Notes under the pieces: model-generated | Database searches by the model: none | Seen by the model: only the letters and a program-made list of their open reading frames with translations | What the model was told of the DNA's origin: nothing | From: Candidatus Multivorans sp. | Lineage (GTDB): Bacteria > Acidobacteriota > Thermoanaerobaculia > Multivoradales > Multivoraceae | NCBI GenBank assembly: GCA_965247095.1 | Contig: OZ251997.1 | Coordinates: 1,568,001 to 1,632,000, forward strand | Direction: 5' to 3' | Length of the DNA stretch: 64,000 nucleotides | Program-made: the position numbers and the translations under genes | Shown here: positions 56,630-64,000 of the stretch, in pieces | How the letters are laid out: every line of letters starts with the position of its first letter | Numbering within the stretch: position 1 is the first letter of the stretch

Positions 56630-56965
56630 TCAGGATGCCTGCTCAGCATCGCCCACGTCGGAGAAGTTGGTGATCGCGACGTCCCCCTCCGGGAACTCGG
56701 CGACGATCTTCAACTTCCCTCCCACGGCCTCAATGTAGGACCGCAGGCTGGACACATACGCGTCGGCCCGCTGCTCCAGCTTGGAGACGGCAGGCTGGTT
56801 CACTTTCAGCAGCTCGGCCAGGTCCCTCTGAGTGAGCGCGCGAGCCCGGCGAAGCTCGTGCAACGGCATCTCTGCCAGCAGTTCCTTCTTCATGTCGTCG
56901 ATTCGCCGTCGACGTTTCGGCGTGAGGTCCTTGGTCAGCTCGCTGAACGGATGGCGTCCACTCAT
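56630..56965 (-). CDS. higA: XRE-family HTH antitoxin (HigA-like)
   Basis: LHELRRARALTQRDLAELLKVNQPAVSKLE..LRSYIEAVGGKL. Confidence 0.9.
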   Translation of the reverse strand: MSGRHPFSELTKDLTPKRRRRIDDMKKELLAEMPLHELRRARALTQRDLAELLKVNQPAVSKLEQRADAYVSSLRSYIEAVGGKLKIVAEFPEGDVAITNFSDVGDAEQAS

Positions 56966-56971
56966 TTGATC

Positions 56972-57325
56972 TCACCCCTCCTTTCGCAGTTCGTCCAGAT
57001 GCTCATCGTAGAGATCGTCGGCCACTGGCACATACTCCTCGTAGAACCGGTCGTTGCCCGTCTTGTCTCCGCCGATCAGCAGGATCGACGTTCGTCTGGG
57101 GTCGAAGGCGTAGAAGACCCGCAGGGGCCTGCCAGCGCTCTGAGCCCGAAGTTCTCGCATGACCCCATGGCGTGAGCTCCGGACGTTCGAGGAGTAGGGG
57201 TACGGCAAGTTGGGGCCATGCTCCATCATCAGTTCCGCAGTGGCGGCGACCGCGTTCTGTTGCCCCTCCGAGAGCGTGCGCTACCACAGGCCGAACTCGT
57301 CTGTGTACTCGACCGCCCAAGGCAT
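56972..57325 (-). pseudogene. higB: RelE/HigB (Gp49-like) toxin with in-frame TAG at codon 15
   Basis: MPWAVEYTDEFGLW*RTLSE..GPNLPYPY..MRELR..RVFYAFDPRR..LLIGGDK; TAG at 57281-57283. Confidence 0.85.
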
Positions 57326-57360
57326 GGCCTAGTGTATTCCTGTTACGGAATGTCGCGCAA
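57326..57360 (-). promoter_or_regulatory. higBA promoter with operator inverted repeat, leaderless spacing
   Basis: TTGCGC-18nt-TACACT-5nt-ATG; ATTCC-N6-GGAAT at 57336-57351. Confidence 0.6.
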
Positions 57361-57425
57361 GGGGCGAGGGGACGGCCTGACAACCGTGTCACCGACGTCC
57401 GGGCCCTCCTCGCCCGCCTAGTTGC

Positions 57426-57480
57426 GTAGGCCAGGCACGGACACTGCCTGCGCTGGCGGCGCAGAACGTGCCGCCGCTAC
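57426..57480. repeat. Inverted pair of GTAG-footed hairpins (REP doublet-like)
   Basis: GTAG..CAGGCA(N7)TGCCTG...GGCGGCGC(AGAAC)GTGCCGCC..CTAC. Confidence 0.4.
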
Positions 57481-57682
57481 ACCCAGCCGGCCGCATCGGC
57501 CTGCCGCGCTCGCCGCCAATCGTCGAAATCAAGGGTGTTGCGAAGAAAGAGCGCCAATCACCTCGGGGCTCTGCCCGGTCACTCGCCGGAGCAGCCCGCC
57601 GGAGCCGGCGCATTGTCGGAATGACCAGCGCGTGGCAGCGTAAGCATCCTCGCGTCGCTGCTCGCCGCGCTCTCAAATCCTC

Positions 57683-59818
57683 ATGTCGAATCTGGTCGCA
57701 CTTGTCCTCCTGCTAGCGCCGGTGCCGGTTGACGCAGCCGGGCAGCAGGCGGGTCGGGTTCGAGTCGAAGTGCGGGCCGGCGGCGAGGCGGTCGCCGGAG
57801 CGATCGTCGTCGTCGCCGAAACCACGCAGGTGACCGACGCGGCGGGAATCGCGCTCGTACCCGCCCCGGCCGGCACCGTGGAGGTCACAGTCGAGCACGA
57901 AGGATTCGCGCCGGCCATCGTGACCGTATCGCTGACCGCCGGCGAAGAGCGAGTCGTTCAGGTCGAGCTCGAGCCGGAACTGACGATCGAGGAAGAGGTG
58001 ACGGTCGTCGCCAGCACTCGCACCGGCCGCCGCATCGAGGACCAGCCGATGCGGGTCGAGGTGCTCGATCGGGAGGAGATCGAGGAGAAGATGCTCATGA
58101 CGCCCGGGGACATCGTCATGATGCTCAACGAGATGGGCGGCATGCGGGTGCAGGCCACGTCGCCGTCGCTCGGCGCTGCCAGCGTTCGCATCCAGGGCAT
58201 GCGGGGGCGTTACACACGCCTCCTCTCGGACGGGCTGCCGCTCTACGGCAGCCAGCCGGGCGGCCTCGGGTTGCTGCAGATCCCGCCGATGGACCTCGGG
58301 CAGGTGGAGGTCATCAAGGGGGTGGCTTCCGCCCTGCACGGCGCCGGCGCAATGGGCGGCGTGGTCAACCTCCTGTCGCGTCGGCCCGGCGGCGAAACGG
58401 AGCGGGAGATCCTGCTCAACCAGTCGACGCGGGGCGGCACCGACGCTGTGCTCTGGCTCTCCAGCCCGCTCTCCGACACCTGGGCGATGACCCTGGTCGG
58501 CGGCGGGCACTGGCAGAGCCTGGCCGACATCGACGGCGACGGGTGGGCGGACATGCCCCGCTACGCCCGCGGAGTCGTGCGGCCGCGCGTGTTCTGGGAC
58601 GACGGACAGGGCCGATCCCTCTTGCTCACCGCCGGCGCGACCCGCGAGAGCCGTAGCGGCGGCACGGGGCGGGGCCGCACACTCCCGGCCACGGGGTCAC
58701 CCTACCGGGAGGCCCTCGACACCCGCCGACATGACTTCGGCGCCCTGTGGCAGACGGTGACTGAGCGCTCGGTCGTGACCGCTCGTACCGCGGTCGCACG
58801 CCAGCGGCACGATCACCGGTTCGGGGCGACCCTCGAACGCGACCGCCACGAAACCGGCTTTGCCGAAGTCACTGTGCGGCGGGCGGCGGGGCGGCATACG
58901 TGGGTCGCCGGCGCCGCGGTTGAGCACGACGCGTACGAACCCACCGACGTCCCGCGGTTCGGCTACAGCTTCACCACACCCGGCGTGTTCGTCCAGGACG
59001 ACATCGACGTGAACTCCCGGCTGGCGCTGTCGGTCAGCGGACGGCTGGACCGCCACAGCGAGTACGGCTGGTTCTTCAGCCCCCGCGTCTCCGCGCTGCT
59101 GCGGTTCGGCGACTGGTCGACACGCATGTCGGCCGGGACCGGCTTCTTCGGTCCGACGCCGCTCACCGAAGAGACCGAGGCGACCGGCCTGACCAGGCTC
59201 AAGGTGGACGGCCCGCTACGGGCGGAACGGGGCCGCAGCGCTTCGATCGACGTCACCCGCACCCACGGTCCGCTCGCCTTCACCACGACTCTCTTTGTGT
59301 CGCGCATCGCGGACCCGGTGCATGTCGACCGTGAGGCGTTCGTGCTGCGCAACCTCGATCACCCCACGACCAACGTCGGCGTGGAGCTGCTGGGGACGTA
59401 CCGGCGGCCGCCCTTCGCCTTGACGGCCACCTACACCCACGTGCGCTCGCGGGAACGGGTCGGCGATGTGACGGACGACGTGCCGCAGACCCCGCGGCAC
59501 AGCCTGGGGGCCGTTGCCATGGCCGAGAACGAGGACGGCCGGATCGGCCTCGAGGTGTACTACACGGGCCGGCAGCGGCTCGAAGCCAACCCGTATCGCG
59601 ACATCAGCGAGCCCTACACCGTGGTCGGCGTCCTGATGGAGCGCCGGTTCGGGCCGGTCCGCCTCTTCCTCAATCTCGAGAACCTCACCGACGTGCGGCA
59701 GCAGCGGTGGCACTCCTCCCTGCGCCCGGACCGCGCCCCCGACGGGCGCTGGACCGTCGACGCCTGGGCGCCTCTGGATGGACGCGTGATCAACGGCGGC
59801 CTGCGGGTGCGGTTCTAG
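57683..59818 (+). CDS. TonB-dependent receptor (FepA/CirA-like plug)
   Basis: VTVVASTR, VRIQGMRGRYT..DGLP, QVEVIKG.ASALHG..GGVVNL, SPR, ENLTD, C-terminal F. Confidence 0.92.
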   Translation: MSNLVALVLLLAPVPVDAAGQQAGRVRVEVRAGGEAVAGAIVVVAETTQVTDAAGIALVPAPAGTVEVTVEHEGFAPAIVTVSLTAGEERVVQVELEPELTIEEEVTVVASTRTGRRIEDQPMRVEVLDREEIEEKMLMTPGDIVMMLNEMGGMRVQATSPSLGAASVRIQGMRGRYTRLLSDGLPLYGSQPGGLGLLQIPPMDLGQVEVIKGVASALHGAGAMGGVVNLLSRRPGGETEREILLNQSTRGGTDAVLWLSSPLSDTWAMTLVGGGHWQSLADIDGDGWADMPRYARGVVRPRVFWDDGQGRSLLLTAGATRESRSGGTGRGRTLPATGSPYREALDTRRHDFGALWQTVTERSVVTARTAVARQRHDHRFGATLERDRHETGFAEVTVRRAAGRHTWVAGAAVEHDAYEPTDVPRFGYSFTTPGVFVQDDIDVNSRLALSVSGRLDRHSEYGWFFSPRVSALLRFGDWSTRMSAGTGFFGPTPLTEETEATGLTRLKVDGPLRAERGRSASIDVTRTHGPLAFTTTLFVSRIADPVHVDREAFVLRNLDHPTTNVGVELLGTYRRPPFALTATYTHVRSRERVGDVTDDVPQTPRHSLGAVAMAENEDGRIGLEVYYTGRQRLEANPYRDISEPYTVVGVLMERRFGPVRLFLNLENLTDVRQQRWHSSLRPDRAPDGRWTVDAWAPLDGRVINGGLRVRF

Positions 59819-59979
59819 GTCCGAGCACCGCTTCCACGCCGAGGGGGCCGCCGCGGCAATCAGCATCGACAAGATGAGGAGGATCGATCTGGTTCGTTGC
59901 AGGAATCTCTCCGCAGAGGTCGACTCTAGCGCCCGCCGGCGTTGACCTCGACAGCCCAGTAGACAAGACTGTCTTGGGC

Positions 59980-60702
59980 ATGAAACTCACGGCCATCCTT
60001 GCTCTGTTGCTCCTCCTCGCCTTGCCGTCAGAGGCCCAGGAGCCCCCGAAGATAGGCCCTGACGACCCCGACGTCACCAACATCGCGACTGCCACGGCGC
60101 CGGAAGGTCTGGTACGACCCGTCCGCATTTCCGGTCCGAAAGCCCGCTACACCAAGGAAGCCAGGAAAGCCAAGCTCCAGGGTACTGTCGTTGTCGGCTA
60201 CACCGTGACCAAGCGTGGCAGGGTCACCGACGCCGAGGTTCTCAGGGGCCTGGAACACGGCCTTTCCAAGGTCGCCTTGCGGACAATGAAGGCCGCGAGG
60301 TACCAACCCGCAACACTGGACGGTGAGCCAGTCGCCGTCTACATGGCGGCCAGCGTCAAGTTCAGCATGCCCGAGGTCCAGATGGAAGACTGGTGGACCA
60401 AGGCCAAGGCAAGCCTCCTGGAGGACCAGTCCCCAGCGGATGCGCTCGAACAACTCCGCCTCATGGCGGAAGAGAAGAGCAAAAGGCCCAACAGCGTCGA
60501 ACTGCCCGGAGAGTACTGGTACCTCGTCGCCCTCGCCTCATACCAGGATGGACTCCACAAGCAGGCATATGAGTCCGCAGTCAGGTACCTCCTGGAACGA
60601 GGCAGCAACGCCGAGCGTCGACCTGAAGCTCAAGCACTTCTCAAGGAGCTTGAGGGCCTCGGCCTTGGGGAGGAGAGCCGGACCTCCCCCAACCGGCGGT
60701 AG
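59980..60702 (+). CDS. TonB C-terminal domain protein with cleavable signal peptide and helical C-terminal extension
   Basis: MKLTAILALLLLLALPSEA-Q; YTKEARKAKLQGTVVV..GRV..YQPATLDGEPV. Confidence 0.82.
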   Translation: MKLTAILALLLLLALPSEAQEPPKIGPDDPDVTNIATATAPEGLVRPVRISGPKARYTKEARKAKLQGTVVVGYTVTKRGRVTDAEVLRGLEHGLSKVALRTMKAARYQPATLDGEPVAVYMAASVKFSMPEVQMEDWWTKAKASLLEDQSPADALEQLRLMAEEKSKRPNSVELPGEYWYLVALASYQDGLHKQAYESAVRYLLERGSNAERRPEAQALLKELEGLGLGEESRTSPNRR

Positions 60703-60726
60703 CTAGCATTCAGCCAATTGCGGCGG

Positions 60727-60895
60727 TCAGCCGGAGGCTTCGCGGGCGACCAGAGCCCGCTTCCGCTTCACTCCCCAGCGGTAGCCGCCGAGCGAGCCGT
60801 CGTTTGCGCCCAGGACTGCCGCCCGCAGACTCCCGCCCCTGGTTGCTACCCCTGTGGAGTTGGATTCGCTCACTTGAGAGGGCGAGCCGTCGCAT
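60727..60895 (-). pseudogene. Chimeric deletion scar: VIT1/CCC1 N-terminus fused to Ogt/Ada C-terminus
   Basis: LRAAVLGANDG runs directly into NDGSLGGYRWGVKRKRALVARE. Confidence 0.7.
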
Positions 60896-60902
60896 GTCCC
60901 GC

Positions 60903-62600
60903 TCAGTTCGCGGGCGGCTTCTGCGTCTCGTTCTTCTCCGGCTCGCCTTCCGCCGGCTTCGGCGCCGGCTTGGCGTAGATGTCGACCGCCTTGGCGCCTT
61001 CCTCCTCCTCGGTGGGCGGGCGCACGCCTTCGGCGAGCATGATCGTCTCGATCGCGGACACCGTAACCGGTGAGGGCTTGAAGTTGCCGAAACGGTAGCC
61101 GCGCGCGATCGAGAGCGGCGTCCAACCGTACTTGTTCCGCTGGTTCCAGACCTCGATGTCGGCGCCGTTCTCGGCCAGAAGCTGAACGACGCGTGGCAGG
61201 TTCTTGTAGGCGGCGCCGTGCATCGGCGTCTCGCCGGTATCGTTCACCGCGTTGATGTCCGCGCCGAGTTCGAGCGCCGTTCGGACCGCCTCGAGCACTT
61301 CCTCCTCGGTACCGGCGTCCTCGCCCGGCGAGCGCGTGCCGAGACCGGCGGCGGCCATCAGAGCGGTCGAGTTGTCGTCGGTCCGGGTCAGCGGATCGGC
61401 GCCAAGCTCGGCCAGCACGCGCATCAGGTCGGTGTCGGCGACCAGGGCGGCCAGGACGAATGGCGTCGCCCCCAACTCGTTGAAGCCGGTGTTGTTGAGG
61501 CGGGCCTTCGCCGTCATGCCTGCCTCGAGGTCGGCGCCGTGGGCCATCATGTCGCGGACGAAGTCCAGACCGTCCATGGAACCCGAACCATCGGGCCTCG
61601 GGTTGTTGTCGCCGGCGCCGGGCTTGCGCACTCGCGCCAGCATGTGCAGCGCCGTGTAACCCGGGTTGGACGCGTTCGGGTCGGCGCCCGCGTCGAGAAG
61701 CCGCGCCGCGAGTTCGAAGTGGCCGTTGGTCACCGCGACCAGGAGCGGCGTCGAGCCGGGTCGTACCGAACGTCCGCCTGGCAGCGGGCGATCCCGCTTC
61801 ACCGCCTTGCGCGGCGTCGCCGCGTTCACGTCGACTCCCGCCCGCAGCAGGGCCTCCATCACCTCGATCCGGCCCTCTCGGACCGCGAACAGAAGCGGTG
61901 TGTAGCCGGAGTCGAGGGTCGCGTTCGGATCGGCGCCGACTTCGAGCAGCAGCTCGACGACCTCCAGGTTGCCCTCGGCGGCGGCCCACATCAGCGCCGT
62001 CTGGCCGCGCCTGGGCTCGCGGAAGTGGACATCGGCGCCGGCCTCGTAGAGCGCTTCGACGACCTCGATCCGGCCGGTCCGCGCGGCGGTCATGAACACC
62101 GTCTCACCGCCCGGCAACACGGCATTCGGGTCGGCGCCGGCCGCCAGAAGCGCTTCGGCGACTTCCGGGTTGCCGTTGGCGCAGGCCAGGGACAGCGGGA
62201 TGACGCCGTAGCGATTCGCCGCCGAGGCGTCGGCGCCGGCGTCGAGCAGGCGGCGCACCAGGTCTTCGCGGTCGTGGAAGACCGCCCAGTGGAGCGCCGT
62301 CATGCCGTCGACCTGGGCGGCGTTGACGGCGTCGGCGGATGGCGGAGCGGCGAGCAGGCGTTCCAGCGTGGCGGTGTCTAGGCGTTCGGCGGCGTCGGCG
62401 AGGGGGGCGGTGGTGGTTGCGGCGGTGGCGGTTGCCGGAGCGGCTAGGAGAAGAGCCAGGGCGACGGTCCAGAGCAGATTCCGGCCTTGCGGCCGGATGC
62501 GGGCAGGATGCCCGCGTGCCGTCGGCGCGCCCGATGACGGGCCCGCCGAGCGGTTCGCAGGTGGCGCGAATTCGCGCCACCTGGGTTCCCAGGTCCGCAT
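60903..62600 (-). CDS. Exported ankyrin repeat protein of a DUF1592-DUF1552 operon
   Basis: Repeated DGMTALHWA, GQTALMWAA, GYTPLLFA, GETPMHGA, GWTPL; start just after the DUF1552 stop. Confidence 0.92.
   Translation of the reverse strand: MRTWEPRWREFAPPANRSAGPSSGAPTARGHPARIRPQGRNLLWTVALALLLAAPATATAATTTAPLADAAERLDTATLERLLAAPPSADAVNAAQVDGMTALHWAVFHDREDLVRRLLDAGADASAANRYGVIPLSLACANGNPEVAEALLAAGADPNAVLPGGETVFMTAARTGRIEVVEALYEAGADVHFREPRRGQTALMWAAAEGNLEVVELLLEVGADPNATLDSGYTPLLFAVREGRIEVMEALLRAGVDVNAATPRKAVKRDRPLPGGRSVRPGSTPLLVAVTNGHFELAARLLDAGADPNASNPGYTALHMLARVRKPGAGDNNPRPDGSGSMDGLDFVRDMMAHGADLEAGMTAKARLNNTGFNELGATPFVLAALVADTDLMRVLAELGADPLTRTDDNSTALMAAAGLGTRSPGEDAGTEEEVLEAVRTALELGADINAVNDTGETPMHGAAYKNLPRVVQLLAENGADIEVWNQRNKYGWTPLSIARGYRFGNFKPSPVTVSAIETIMLAEGVRPPTEEEEGAKAVDIYAKPAPKPAEGEPEKNETQKPPAN
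62480..62595 (-). repeat. CTGGG-family REP-like element interrupted by a 69-nt segment containing a perfect 26-bp palindrome
   Basis: GACCTGGGAAC-[69 nt]-GCGGGCA(TCC)TGCCCGC-A-TCCGGCC(GCAA)GGCCGGA; CAGGTGGCGCGAATTCGCGCCACCTG at 62558-62583. Confidence 0.7.
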
Positions 62601-62605
62601 CACCC

Positions 62606-63958
62606 TCAGCCCGCCAAACGGACCGGGTCCGCCAGGGTGTCGATCCGGCCGGTGCTGTCGGCGAAGGAGTCGAGCCGCACACCGACGCTGTCAAGCAGAC
62701 TCAGGTGCAGGTTGGCCATTGGCGTCGGCTCGTCGTAGCGGATGTGGCGGCCGCCGCGGATCCTGCCAGCGCCACCGCCGGCGACGATGATCGGCAGGTT
62801 CACGTGGTCGTGGATGTTCGGGTTGCCCATGCCGCTGCCGTAGAGGTACACCGAGTTGTCGAGCAGCGTGCCGTCCCCCTCGGGCACCGAAGCCAACTGC
62901 TCCAGGAAGTACGCGAACAGAGAGACGTGGAACTGGTTGATCTTCGCCAGCTTCGCCACCTTCTCGGGATCGTTGCCGTGGTGGGAGGTCGGATGATGCG
63001 GATCGGGGACGCCGATCTCGGGATAGGTCCGGTTGCTCGACTCGCGCGCGAGCTGGAAGGTGACGACCCGGGTCACGTCGGACTGGAGCGCCAGCACCTG
63101 CAGATCGAACATCAGCCGGGCGTGATCCGCGTAGGCCGCGGGCACGCCGACGGGCCGGTCGACGTCCGGCTGCGCGCCTTCCTCGGTCTGGGCTTCCGCC
63201 CTCTGGATGCGGCGCTCGACCTCGCGCACCGAGTCCAGGTACTCGCCGACCTTCACGCGGTCGCCGGGGCCCAGTTTGCTCTCGAGCCGGGTGATGTCGT
63301 CGCGCACCCAGTCGAGCAGGCTCGCCCGCCGTCCCAGTCCCGCGCGCCGCTCCGCCGCCGTGCCGCCCTCGCCGAACAGCCGCTCGAAGACGATCCGGGG
63401 ATGGGCCTCGGCCGGCAACGGCGTCGTCGGCGACGACCAGGAGAGGTTGTTCTGGTAGACGCAGGCGTAGCCGTTGTCGCACTGCCCCACCATGTCGAGC
63501 AGGTCCATGGCCAGTTCCAGCGACGGCAACTGGGTGTCCTGGCCAATCTGCTGCGCCGCGATCTGATCAACCGTCGTGCCCAGGTAGTAGTCCGTGCTCT
63601 CGGTCCACTTCGCCTTCGCCGCGCTCAGGAAGGAGGCGTTCGAGGTGGCGTGGGTGCCTGGATAAGCGTTCTTCAGTTCCAGGTTCGTGACGACGTTGAT
63701 CTGGTCCTTGAGCGCCGCCAGCGGGCTCAGGCTCGGCGACAGCTCACCGAGCGCGCCGCTCGTGCCCGGCGGCGTCCAGCGCGTGATGTCCGAGCCCATG
63801 GGCACGTACACGAACCCGAGGCGGCGCACCGGCTTCGCCGCCGTCTTCGCCCAGGCGGTCATGGACGGCACCATTGCGTCCAGCAGAGGCAGCGCGATCG
63901 CCGCACCCATTCCCCGCAGGAACGTGCGTCGCGGCAGAGCCTTCTTGGTCAGGATCAT
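62606..63958 (-). CDS. DUF1552 (HXXSHH) domain protein, Tat signal
   Basis: PRRTFLRG..LPLLDAM, PSLEL, FERLFG, DVTRV, HHPTSHH, GTLLDNS..GSGMGN..H. Confidence 0.92.
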   Translation of the reverse strand: MILTKKALPRRTFLRGMGAAIALPLLDAMVPSMTAWAKTAAKPVRRLGFVYVPMGSDITRWTPPGTSGALGELSPSLSPLAALKDQINVVTNLELKNAYPGTHATSNASFLSAAKAKWTESTDYYLGTTVDQIAAQQIGQDTQLPSLELAMDLLDMVGQCDNGYACVYQNNLSWSSPTTPLPAEAHPRIVFERLFGEGGTAAERRAGLGRRASLLDWVRDDITRLESKLGPGDRVKVGEYLDSVREVERRIQRAEAQTEEGAQPDVDRPVGVPAAYADHARLMFDLQVLALQSDVTRVVTFQLARESSNRTYPEIGVPDPHHPTSHHGNDPEKVAKLAKINQFHVSLFAYFLEQLASVPEGDGTLLDNSVYLYGSGMGNPNIHDHVNLPIIVAGGGAGRIRGGRHIRYDEPTPMANLHLSLLDSVGVRLDSFADSTGRIDTLADPVRLAG

Positions 63959-64000
63959 GACGATGCTCTCCTCATCCGGAAGGGGTCGCTCTCTACGATC
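63955..64000 (-). CDS. 3' end of a DUF1592-type gene (partial)
   Basis: IVESDPFRMRRASS* resembles the DUF1592 protein C-terminus; ATGA overlap with DUF1552. Confidence 0.7.
   Translation of the reverse strand, partial: IVESDPFRMRRASS

Noticed and set aside
43685-57283. In-frame TGA (43685) and TAG (57281) as selenocysteine/pyrrolysine recoding
   Set aside because: Surrounding sequence is decayed in the first case and the expected residue is Trp in the second; TAG and TGA act as normal stops elsewhere
15060-60710. Frequent CTAG at gene boundaries as possible IS target sites
   Set aside because: Explained by TAG stops and codon avoidance within genes; also occurs inside genes; no paired duplications or IS ends
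1-64000. CRISPR array, tRNA, rRNA, riboswitch upstream of the TonB receptors
   Set aside because: No regularly spaced repeats, cloverleaf or cobalamin/TPP consensus recognised by eye; an Rfam scan would be needed to exclude them

Overview
High-GC bacterial chromosomal window with no rRNA, tRNA, CRISPR array or intact transposase visible. The gene families (DUF1592/DUF1552 operons, DUF6152, TIGR03435, carboxypeptidase-regulatory-domain TonB receptors, many soluble PQQ dehydrogenases) point to Acidobacteriota; this is inference from gene content. Main contents: (1) a ~18 kb cluster of exported proteins (3.3-21.1 kb) with three uncharacterised 'WxGxSxGxWEGD...CHEGN' proteins, DUF6152, a tandem-duplicated PQQ dehydrogenase + lipoprotein sulfatase pair, and a convergent PQQ dehydrogenase-DUF1592 cytochrome-DUF1552 operon; (2) a TonB receptor and a split membrane/spermidine-synthase-like gene pair; (3) a PmoA-like/PVC heme protein-Gfo/Idh/MocA-MFS operon; (4) five type II toxin-antitoxin loci, all with leaderless-type promoter spacing, two with inactivated toxins; (5) a lower-GC candidate defence islet with an RloC-like Rad50/HEPN ATPase divergent from a stand-alone WYL-like gene; (6) a dispersed REP-like hairpin family with compensatory stem changes, two copies apparently read in frame into protein N-termini; (7) many deletion scars, including a VIT1-Ogt chimera joined at a shared NDG microhomology. 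All calls come from motif recognition by eye; no searches were run.
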